DNA of 64,000 bases, taken from NCBI RefSeq assembly GCF_009914755.1, contig NC_060927.1. The stretch is one strand, 5' to 3'. Under the pieces are notes generated by a model. The model saw nothing but the letters and a program-made list of their open reading frames with translations, ran no database searches and was not told where the DNA came from. The DNA comes from the human T2T-CHM13v2.0 reference genome, Homo sapiens. Positions 48,388 through 64,000 of the stretch are shown here, in pieces (position 1 is the first letter of the stretch; each line of letters starts with the position of its first letter). The position numbers were made by a program, and so were the translations under genes.

Positions 48388-49115
48388 ATAGGGGTTTTTA
48401 ACTCTTTTCTCTACCGTGGACCCTCCTTTTGGCATTTAGGTGAAGCTTACAGACCACTTCTGAGAATAATGTTTTTAACTAAAAAATTAAGATATATAGT
48501 AGCTTTACAAAAGGAACAATTTATGTTGTAAACACAATCATTAAAAGGTTCAAAAAAATGTGAGGTAATAATGTGCATCTATAATACAGTAAATAATAGG
48601 ATCTACCAGCCAGTCTAATAACTCATAATACCCAATTATCTGTGTCACCCCTGATGTAGTACACCCACTCTCTGTTTTGCCACAAGGCACAACTGCAGTC
48701 TAATACCAATGTAGAGATAAGTATAAATGATATTTAAAGATATCTGTAACATGGCTGGGCACGGTGGCTCATGCCTGTAATCACAGCACTTCCGGAGGCT
48801 GAGGCGGACAGCTCACCTGAGGTCAGGAGTTTGAGACCAGCCTGGCCAACATGATGAAACCCCATCTCTACTAAAAATACAAAAATTAGCCGGGCGTGGG
48901 GGTATAAGCCTGTAGTCCCAGCTACCAGGGAAGCTGAGGATGCACCGAGCATCCACTGTACTCCAGCCTGGACGATGGATTCTCTCTCAAAAAATAAACA
49001 AAACAAAACAAACAAGCAAAAAAAAATACCTAGTGTTTGGAAGACAAAGCTTGGGACTTCTATAAGTTACTTCTATAAGTAACTTGACTGGGTGTATTTC
49101 TCACCAAGACCCCTG
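48388..49115. mobile_element. MER119-like hAT-Charlie element with an Alu (~48753-49025) inside
   Basis: aggggtttttaactc...ggtgaagcttacagaccacttctgagaataatgtttttaa. Confidence 0.55.
48639..48699 (-). other. Short diverged copy of RNF168 exon 6 sequence (47625-47688) within intron 5
   Basis: tctgtgtcacccctgatgt...cacccact.tctgtt.tgccacaaggca.aactgcagt is shared by both sites. Confidence 0.85.
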
Positions 49116-49253
49116 GAAGCTAGACCCATTGTTTGTTATAAGAAATAATTGACCCTTACAGGGCATGTGGTCTCAAAGTAGTTAATACACTCACTTGTGT
49201 GGCCTTTTTCCAGGCTATCACCTTGGAGCTCTGCTGCTGAGGACTCCTGCTGA

Positions 49254-49434
<181 letters not shown>

Positions 49435-49577
49435 TAGCAGGGACTACAGGTATGTGCCACACCTGGCTAATTTTTTTTTTTTTTTGGTATTTTTAGTAGA
49501 GATGGGGTTTCACCACATTGGCCAGGCTGGTCTCGAACTCCCAACTTTCTGCCTGCCTCAGCCTCTCAAAGTGCTAG

Positions 49578-49941
<364 letters not shown>

Positions 49942-50002
49942 TAAGTGAAGCTGGTGCCAGGTATAACCTATTCAGTTTTGTGAGTTTGGATTACATAGGT
50001 CA

Positions 50003-50210
50003 AGGATCAGTAATCTATGGCTCATGGACCAAATCCAGCCTCCTGCCTGTTTTTGTAAACAAAGTTTTACTGGAATGCATTCAAGCTGATGTGTTTACAT
50101 ATTATCTATAGATGCTTTCACACTACACCAGCGTAGCTGAGAAGCTGTGACACAGATCACACTAACTGCAAAGGCGAAAATATTCACTCTCTTAGAGAAA
50201 AACTTTGCTT
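50003..50210. mobile_element. MER58A-like hAT-Charlie element
   Basis: ccaaatccagcc...gcctgtttttgtaaacaaagttttactggaa. Confidence 0.7.
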
Positions 50211-50408
50211 TTTGTAGTATATTTATTTAAAAAATTGTAGTTTCCTTTGGAGAAAAAGTGCTTTTTCTCTAGGTGAGCCTAAGAGGACTCAGACAGGGTG
50301 TTTGATTAACTATAGGGGCTTTTGTTAAAAGGTAGAAAACTATGGATAGCACTAATCTACAGCATTAATGAACCAGCAAAACTCAGAACATCTTCAGTAT
50401 CAACATAC

Positions 50409-50490
50409 CTTAGATACGGAGTCTTTCCTGACTTCTTGTACAGCTTCAGAGTGTGAGGCTGACCCAAACTGAGATTTCGGTGTCAAATAC
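50409..50490 (-). CDS. RNF168: RNF168 exon 5 (82 bp)
   Basis: ttttcttttag|G TAT TTG ACA ... TCT AAG|gtatgt; encodes YLTPKSQFGSASHSEAVQEVRKDSVSK; phase matches exons 4 and 6. Confidence 0.95.
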
Positions 50491-50688
50491 CTAAAAGAAA
50501 AGTTTACCAAAGTTTCAATGCTTTCAAAGACAGATGGTATGTACCCAACATAATAAAGCTATTTATACCGAAGGTTGTCTGGTTTGCTGCTTGGCTGTTT
50601 TATCAGAGTGTATCTCATTTCCGTGCTTCAGATATTTTGGTCAATTCCAGGACAAAACTTAAATGATTGAGTATTGATATTTTAGTGA

Positions 50689-50935
<247 letters not shown>

Positions 50936-51031
50936 TAGCCAGGATGGTCTCGATCTCCTGACCTCGTGATCCGCCTGCCTTGGCCTCCCAAAGTGCTGGG
51001 ATTACAGGCGTGAGCCACTGAGCCCGGCTAA

Positions 51032-51277
<246 letters not shown>

Positions 51278-51723
51278 TGATCCGCCTGTCTCAGCCTCCC
51301 AAAGTGCTGGGATTACAGCCGTGAGCCACTGCGCCCAGCGTAAATATTTCTTAATTCTTGAAAAAAGCTTAAAAAAGCAGATAGCATCAAAACAATGCAA
51401 GACTCTATAGTCTTCCCAAAAGTAATGAAAATGATGCTTTAAACTAGGAGAAAGGATATGTTAGTTTCTTCTTTATGCTGGAAATGTTGGCTGTTCACGA
51501 CATTTTAAATCTCTACTATTGGGAAAAAGTCCATGATTAAATTCCTTACTATTCTGGTATAGAGATGTTATCATATATACTTTTATATCAACTCTCTTCT
51601 TTTTTTTTTTTTTCTGAGACGGAGTCTTGCTCTGTCACCCAGGCTGGAGTGCATTGGTGCAATCTCGGCTCACTGCAACCCCGCCTCCCAGGTTCAAGTG
51701 ATTCTCCTGCCTCAGCCTCCTGA

Positions 51724-52052
<329 letters not shown>

Positions 52053-53105
52053 TGAGTAGCTGGGACTACAGGCACACGCCACCATGCCCTGCTAATTTTT
52101 GTATTTTTAATAGAGACAGGGTTTCACCACGTTGGCCTGGATGGTCTCAATCTCTTGACCTCAGGTGATCCGCCTGCCTCGGCCTCCCTAAGTGTTGGGA
52201 TTACAGGCGTGAGCCACTGCACCTGGTCATATCTTTACATTTCTAAGAATCTTCAATATAACAGGCTGTTTGCCACTGAAAACACTACAGTTTTAATAGA
52301 ATGGAAAATGTTATAAAAGAACGGGGAATAGAAAAGGCAGGCTACAAGATGGTAGGTATAGTTTAAAAATTGTAAAATATCCAAACATGCATATAACTAT
52401 GTTTACAAATGGCAGAAATTTCCCAAAATGTTGGTTGTCTCCAAATGGTGGAAACTTTGGGTGATTTTCAAAGAGCAGCTAGCCATGGCTTTTAGAATTA
52501 GAGAAAAAAAGTGACTATAAATAACAGACAAATCCATAAGTTACACTGTGTCAAAAGCACCAACAAGTAGCATATGGAACAATCAAACCTAAACAAAGAT
52601 CTCATATAAAGAACTAATGAATATTCCTTATGGGCAAACAAGAGTACCTAACCCATATATTTAGTTATATCAATCTATATATTTACTCTGTTAACTTTGA
52701 AGAACAAGAACCAAATTTTCAGTTGAAAAGAAGCTTAGTCTCATTTAGTTTCTTTAGGCTGAAGAATTCTTTCTGTCAATGCTGATGCGGGACCACTACT
52801 TACGAAGCATACCAGTACCAAAGTATCACTGTTATAACAGTTGTTTTGACGTTCATAAGCAGAGAACAGAATGTTATTACTTATCCAACACAATCACTGA
52901 AGATTCATTAACTCTCTTGGATATTCCTTATTTATAATAACCAAGTAATATATGAATACATGCTCATTCTGAAAATAAGCAGAACTGGCCGTGGTGGTTC
53001 ATGCCTGTAATTCTAACACTTTGGGAGGCTGAGGTGGGAGGATCGTTTGAGGCCAGGAGTCCGAAAACTGGACAACACAGCAAGACCCATCTCTACAAAA
53101 AATTA

Positions 53106-53288
<183 letters not shown>

Positions 53289-53385
53289 TCATCAACCCTT
53301 TCCCTTCCCATGTTTTAAGAACTTTTTTTTTTCTTTTTTCCTTGAGTCTGAATTTTTGGGATCCATTCCCATTTGCTTCCTTTTA

Positions 53386-54040
<655 letters not shown>

Positions 54041-54083
54041 TGATCTCGAATGCCTGACCTCAGAAGTATTGTATTTTTGGTAG

Positions 54084-54290
<207 letters not shown>

Positions 54291-54293
54291 TAA

Positions 54294-54542
<249 letters not shown>

Positions 54543-54647
54543 TAGCACCATCATAGCTCACGGCAGCCTTGACCTCCCAGGTTCACGTGATCCTGCCACC
54601 TCAGCCTCCCAAACATCTGAGACCACAGGCACACCACGCCCGGCTAA

Positions 54648-54934
<287 letters not shown>

Positions 54935-55659
54935 TAATTTTTTTGTATTTTTAGTAGAAACGGGGTTTCACCATGTTGGCCAGGCTGGTTTTGAACTCCT
55001 GACCTCAAGTGATCTGCCTGCCTCACCCTCCCAAAGTGCTAGGATTACACGCGTAAGCTACTGCGCCCGGCTTGTGATTTGCTTTTTTCACTAATGTCTT
55101 AAGATCTTTCCAAGTCTGCCTCATGAAAACAAAGTTTATGAGAGAACAGTCATACAATACATGTAAGAATCACAGTACAGCACGGTCACGGGGAGGGGGA
55201 CACTGACTGGAAAGGGAAAGGGCACAAGCAAACCTTTGTAAATATTCCCTGTCTTCATCTGGTGGGTGGTTTATACACACACAAAAATTCACCAGAAAGT
55301 ATACTTAGGATTGGTGCACCGTCTTTTTAAATTTTTTACTTTTTCTTTTTTACCCTGTCTTATGGTGCCGAAGACTGGTGCACTTTAAAATATATGTTTG
55401 CTGCTCTGTGGTCCATTAAAAACAAAACAAAAAAATGTGTTATTCTTCTAAAAAGTTTAAAAATCTGTATTACCATGAAAGCCCATATGCTTATTACTTG
55501 GTTGAAGGGAAAAGAAATCATTGGTTTGAAAGTCTCCTATGGGGCCTCGTCATCTCCCACCTCATACTATCCTGAGTTTCTTATATCTTACTTTTTAAAA
55601 CAGATTTGCCACACTTTTGCATCTCTAAACACTTTATTGATTAGTATTGTGTGATTCTG

Positions 55660-58030
<2,371 letters not shown>

Positions 58031-58949
58031 TTTTAATATTGTTACAACTTTAATCCATCAGTTTCTCAATTTTTGCTTTTAAATCCTTAGTTTTTCTTGT
58101 ATCTCTGGTAATTTTTTATTTTTATGTATTTCAAAGTATATATTTAGATATATAAAGATTCATGAGTTATAGCCTTAAACAGCATATTGTATCAATATGA
58201 AATACTTCTGCATTTTAGCGGTTTTCTCATTTTTACTTTGCACATTATGAGTACTGGCGACACTGATATTGTCACATCTTTTTTTTTTTTTAATAGTACC
58301 TCCCTCATTTAACATTCTCTTCTCCTAAGCTTCCTCCCACCTCAAATACAAAATTTCAACAAATCTTGGAAGGAGATGAGTTACCTGCACATATTTCCTC
58401 AGTTGAACCAGAAGTCCTTATGTATTTTTCAAGTCTAGACTGTGGTTTTTAAACTTTTCCAACTGTGAGTTACCATGGGAAAGCTGATGTTTGCGTAAAG
58501 CCACCAACTCCACCTGGCACCTGACCCTGGAGGGGTGTTGTGGTGAAACTCAATCACGCCACCTTTGTCTACCTGACTCATGCATTTTGTGTAATAGAGA
58601 AGAAATGACAAATTGTAAACTCTTTCAGTGAAGATAAGCCTATCTGGGACCCATTTTTTTCATCTGAATTTAAACCAAGAGAAAGAGGAATCCAATGGTT
58701 CACTTTGAGAAAACTGGAAATCCTGAGGCAGTAAGATAAAAGTATGAATCTGCCACAGTAAGTGGCTGAGTGAGAAGCCAAGAGGAAGCTGTGTGAGTAG
58801 CTCTCTCCTTTTCAATTTACCTCAACCTCAGACTATTTTCATACAAAGTTCACGGACCAAACTTTGAGAATCAGTAGTAGTCTATATGAACAGAAAACGC
58901 TGGCATACAGTAGGAGGTCAACAAATAATTCATAGTCATGTTCACTTAC

Positions 58950-59071
58950 TTCTGAATATCTCCAGTGTTTCTTTGTTTGTTCTTACTTTTCTTTTCAGAC
59001 TTGGGTGTAACTGGATCAGATTTTCTGGAATTCAAGGGAGAAGCCGAGATACTTCCCTCACAGAAATTGTT
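58950..59071 (-). CDS. RNF168: RNF168 exon 4 (122 bp)
   Basis: gaag|AAC AAT TTC ... CAG AA|gtaagt; encodes NNFCEGSISASPLNSRKSDPVTPKSEKKSKNKQRNTGDIQK. Confidence 0.95.
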
Positions 59072-60286
59072 CTTCAACAATAGAAAAAGCATAACAGACA
59101 TTATGAGAGAGAACTTCATGATAAAATAAGCTATTAATTTGACTAATTCAGAAATCCATAGCATTTTTCAGAAATTATAGTTACATTTAAATTCTGTACA
59201 TCCCTTGAAGAATATTGACCATGCAAAAATCAGAATAAACTATGTTCATCCAAGTTGGTCTAAATTAATTACATTTTTACTGTACATCAAGCACAAAATA
59301 AGGCATAATACTAACCTCATTAGCTGATAATTCCTGTTGATTTTTCTTTCCTTTTTTTTTTTTTTTTTTTTTTGAGACGCAGTCTCGCTCTGTTGCCCAG
59401 GCTGGAGTGCAGTGGCGCGATCTCGGCTCACTGCAAGCTCCACCCCCGCAGGTTCATGCCATTCTCCTGCCTCAGCCTCCTGAGTAGCTGGGACTACCGG
59501 CGCCCTCCACCATGCCCGGCTAATTTTTTGTACTTTTTTTAGTAGAGATGGGGTTTCACTGTGTTAGCCAGGATGGTCTCGATTTCCTGACCTCATGATC
59601 TGCCTGCCTCGGCCTCCCAAAGTGCTGGGATTACAGGCATGAGGCACCGCGCCCGGCCTTTTTTTTTTTTTTTTTTTTAAGACAGGGTCTCACTCTGTCG
59701 CCGAGGCTGGAGTGCAGTGTAGCAATCATGGCTCCTTGCAACCTTGACCTCCCAGGTTCAAGTGATCCTCCCACCTTCACCTCCCAAGTAGCTAGGACTA
59801 CAGGCATGAGCCACCAGGCTTGGTTAGGTGGGTTGTTTTTGTTTTATTTTGAGACAGAGTCTTGCTCTGTCATCCAGGCTGGACTGCAGTGGAGTGATCA
59901 TAGCTCACTGTAGCCTCAACCTCCTGGGCTCAGGCAATCCTCCCATCTTAGCTTCTCGAGTAGCTAGGACACAGGCATGTGCCACCATGCCCAGCTACTT
60001 TTTTTTAAATGCTTTGTAAAGATGAGGTCTCACTATGTTGCCCAGGCTGGTCTCCAACTATTGGAATCAAGTGATTCCCCCACCACAGCCTTCCAAAGTG
60101 TTCGGATTATAGGTCTGTGCCACTGTGCCCAGCCTGTTGATTTTTCTAATAAATACTTTTATATAATTACTTTTATCTATATGGACATATTCAGAGAGCT
60201 GTGGATATACCCAAAAGAATAGTTTTATGTAATAATATTTTAGTTCTGGACTTTAAGGGCGTATTAATAAAAATCACAAATATTTA

Positions 60287-60625
<339 letters not shown>

Positions 60626-61048
60626 CTACTGCACTCCAGCCTGGGTGACAGAGTGAGACTCTTGTCTCAAAAAAAAAAAAGTTAAAAAAATTATTCTACA
60701 GTATCAATAAATCTACTCTTATAATACCATGGGAAAACTAGATATACTTCTTCCCTATTCCATTTATTATTCCATTGGTCAATGACTTTTATTTAGTTTC
60801 CTGATTGTGTATTTCTAAAGCGATTCTACTTAAAAAAGACACATAAAAAGGGGCATATAACCCAAAATTTGGGTACATTATTATTAATGGTAGGCCTCTC
60901 AAAAAAGAAAAAAATTCCCAATTCTGCGTATACTCATTTTGCTAAGTGTATATACATATATATTTTTTTTATTCTATTGAACTTCCCATGATTCAATGGT
61001 AAGTGTATGTTAAGATATTCGTTGTTTGAAAGCTGAAGAATTGTTTTC

Positions 61049-61216
61049 ACAGGCTCTCAAACCTGAATGTTTCACACTTCCCTACATGCCTCTGAAGATT
61101 GTATTCCCTAGGTCCCATCCCTAGAGACTCTGACTTAATAGATTTGGAGTAAATATGAGAGTTTGTATTTCAACAGCATTCCCAGGTTACTCTGCCAGGC
61201 TCGTTCAAACCACTGG
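61049..61216. mobile_element. MER5-like hAT element
   Basis: gctctcaaac...cccatccctagagactctgacttaa...gtatttcaacagcattcccaggttactctg...accactg. Confidence 0.5.
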
Positions 61217-62577
61217 GCCCCACAGTACCCTCTGATCTTAAAGTATGTGTTTTATCACACACCATTTAATTCATTTTCTTACAGGCAGCAATTTAACTAC
61301 AGGAAGCAGAACATCCAAGTTTAATACATTATCTAAAAATTTAATGTGCCTTACTTTCAAAATGTGATTTACATCCATAAAATGGAATATTATTCCACTC
61401 TTTAAAAGAATTAGATTGACTACATGTAGTAATATGAAAAATCTCTACGATGTTATCAAGTGGAAAAAATGTAAGCAGCAAAACAGTGTGATTGCTTTAT
61501 ATAATCCTTTTTAGGTCAATAAAGAAAAAAAGCTTTTTTTTTTGAGATGGTCTTCCAGGTTGAAGTGCAGTGGCGAGATCAGCTCACTGTAACCTCAAAC
61601 TCCTGGGCTCAAGGGATCCTCCTGCCTCAGCCCCTCCCAGCAGGTGGAGCTCCAGGCACGCACCATCACACTCGGCTCATTATTAATTTTTCTGAAGAAA
61701 CAGGGTCTCACTTTGTTGCCCAGGCTGGTCTCAAACTCCTGGGCTCAAGCGATCCTCTCGCCTCAGCTTCCCAATGTACTGGGATTACAGGCCCGAGCCA
61801 TCGCACCCTGGCAAGAAAAAAGTTGTAAGAAACTGTTAATAGTGGTTACCTTTGGGGATAGAGACTGATATAAATGGAAAAGGAACGGGAGTGGAGAGGT
61901 GGAAGAAGGAAAAAGGAAGCTTTCATTCTTCACTGAATAGCTTTCCTACATATAAAAAAGTTGTTAAACAACTTGCGGTGGCTCACGCCACAAACCCAGC
62001 ACTTTGAGACGCCGAGGCAGATGGACGGCTTGAGCCCAGGAGCTCGACACCAGTTCAGGAAACATGGCAAAGCCCTGTCTCCACAAAAAAGTAGCCAGGC
62101 ATGGTAGTGCCAGCCTGTAGTCCCAGCTACTCGGGAGGTTGGAAGGATCACCGGAGCCCGGCGGTCGAGGCTGCAGTGAGTCGTGATTGTGCCACTGCAC
62201 TCCAACCTGCATGACAGAGTAAGACCTGTCTCAAAAAACAAAAAACCCCAAAAACCTGGATTAGAGCAAATATGTAACAATATGCAAAACAATTTTACTT
62301 TAAGTAAAGCAAAAATGTTATCAATAGCTTCTAATTATGGCAACGCCATCTCTTCTGTTCTTTGAAAACCACAGTCAAAGCAATCGGAATGTTAATAGTT
62401 AGCTTTCCGTATCAGCAGGTTCCAAACACTCAAATCCAACCAGCCTGGGGTGGAAAAGACAATATTTGTGGGATGCAGAACCTGGAAATACAAGGAGCTG
62501 ACTCTTCCCATGAGCGGGTTCTGCAGCAGCGCATACCAAGGGATGACCATACCTTAGCGTTCCCTCCTAAAACTTAC

Positions 62578-62757
62578 AATATCAATGCTTAGCTTTCTTG
62601 CCAGTTCCTCATCACTTTTCAGTTGTTCTTCCATCGCTCTTCGCCTTTTTTCTGCCTGTCTTTTTTCCTCTTCTTCCTCCTCTGCCAACAACCTCTGTAT
62701 GTATTCTTCACTGGCTTTGTTTTCTTCTTCCTCGCTGGCCCGTCGCTCTGCCGCCAC
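62578..62757 (-). CDS. RNF168: RNF168 exon 3 (180 bp; UMI and MIU1 ubiquitin-binding motifs)
   Basis: ttttaag|GTG GCG ... GAT ATT|gtaagt; encodes VAAERRASEEEENKASEEYIQRLLAEEEEEEKRQAEKRRRAMEEQLKSDEELARKLSIDI. Confidence 0.97.
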
Positions 62758-63497
62758 CTTAAAAGTGATTAATAAAGAGCAATCCTTCTCTGAACGTTTT
62801 GGTATACTTGCAATATTTCATAACAAGAATAGAAAAGTAGAAAAAGAACAAATTGGCAGAAATTTAAATGATCTCAAATGAAGTACAAATCTGGAGAAGT
62901 AGATTCCTGCAAGATAGCTGTCCCATCTCAGCCTCCCAAAGCACTGAAATTATAGGTGTGAGCCTCCACACCTAGCCTGAGATGTATTACAAGTGAAAAT
63001 TATACACAAAATTTTGAAGACTAACAAAAAAAGAGAAAAATCTCTATTTATGTATAACTTCATATGTAATTAAAACATAATGCTTCACTATAAACACTGC
63101 TTTTTAGGTACTTTTCCTATTTAGGAACTTCACAGCTAGCCCTTTAACCTTTCCTCATCTAAACTCACACTCTACCACCCTTTTACTTTAAGCTCAAAAC
63201 TTTGGGGAAATAAAAATATATCCTGGTATGGATTAAATTAGGAAAAAGAAGAATTAAAAAATTTTCTTCATATGTAAATGCTTAGGGAACACTATCACAT
63301 AAGAGCATTAATTATGTAGAAGTAAATTACAGCAAAAAACAAAGCCCTTATAAAGTACATTAAAATTGTCCATATTTTGGCCAGGCACAGTGGCTCACAC
63401 CTATAATCCCAGCACTTTGGGAGGCCGAGGCGGGCGGATCACAAGGTCAGGAGATCGAGACCATCCTGGTGAACACTGTGAAACCCCATCTCTACTA

Positions 63498-63698
<201 letters not shown>

Positions 63699-63785
63699 TT
63701 ATATAAGCACAAAAAACTAAATTAAAATCTGAAACTAAAAACACAGCAGAGAAATATTCCAAAAAAAAAACTATTTAGCACCTAC

Positions 63786-63862
63786 CTTGCTTATTTCCTC
63801 TTCATATTCTCTTCTCAGTTCCCCAGGTTTACTGAGCAGACGAACTGGCTGATAGTCATCAG
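63786..63862 (-). CDS. RNF168: RNF168 exon 2 (77 bp; includes LR motif 1)
   Basis: atag|CT GAT GAC TAT ... AGC AAG|gtagg; encodes DDYQPVRLLSKPGELRREYEEEISK. Confidence 0.95.
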
Positions 63863-64000
63863 CTATTTCATATCAAAAAAGAAAATAACATTATAGGCAA
63901 CACAATTTTATGGTAACTTTGGTCTTCCATTAAAACGAAAAATTAAAATATACAACTATTAATAACTACAGCAATATCTCCTTTTGGAATTCCATTTTTA

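Overview
Human-like (primate) genomic DNA that I recognise as the 3q29 UBXN7-RNF168 interval; both genes are on the minus strand. The left part holds UBXN7 intron 1, its first coding exon (7665-7737) and a CpG-island promoter with two NRF1-type sites. The right part holds RNF168 coding exons 2-6 (77, 180, 122, 82 and 954 bp, all GT-AG, phases consistent) and a ~2.9 kb 3'UTR. The rest is extremely Alu-dense, with fragments of L1, L2, ERV1/MaLR LTRs and DNA transposons. Almost all ORFs in the supplied track are Alu or tandem-repeat artefacts. Most notable observations: (1) a ~396 bp, ~97% identical copy of the RNF168 intron 5/exon 6 junction lies ~19.6 kb downstream in the same orientation, with an intact acceptor and a 42-codon in-frame ending; (2) a 10-copy ~75 bp repeat in the RNF168 3'UTR carries PBX-PREP/MEIS-like and CCAAT motifs; (3) a 2 kb, 22-bp-unit, strongly skewed VNTR lies just past the RNF168 poly(A) site; (4) a donor-like site directly abuts the UBXN7 ATG; (5) a tailless U6 fragment is inserted into an Alu; (6) a nested Alu/LTR8/(GGAA)14 enhancer-like composite. 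I see no CRISPR, rRNA, tRNA or prokaryotic-type system. Repeat family names are from recalled consensus sequences, not from a RepeatMasker run, and their boundaries are approximate.
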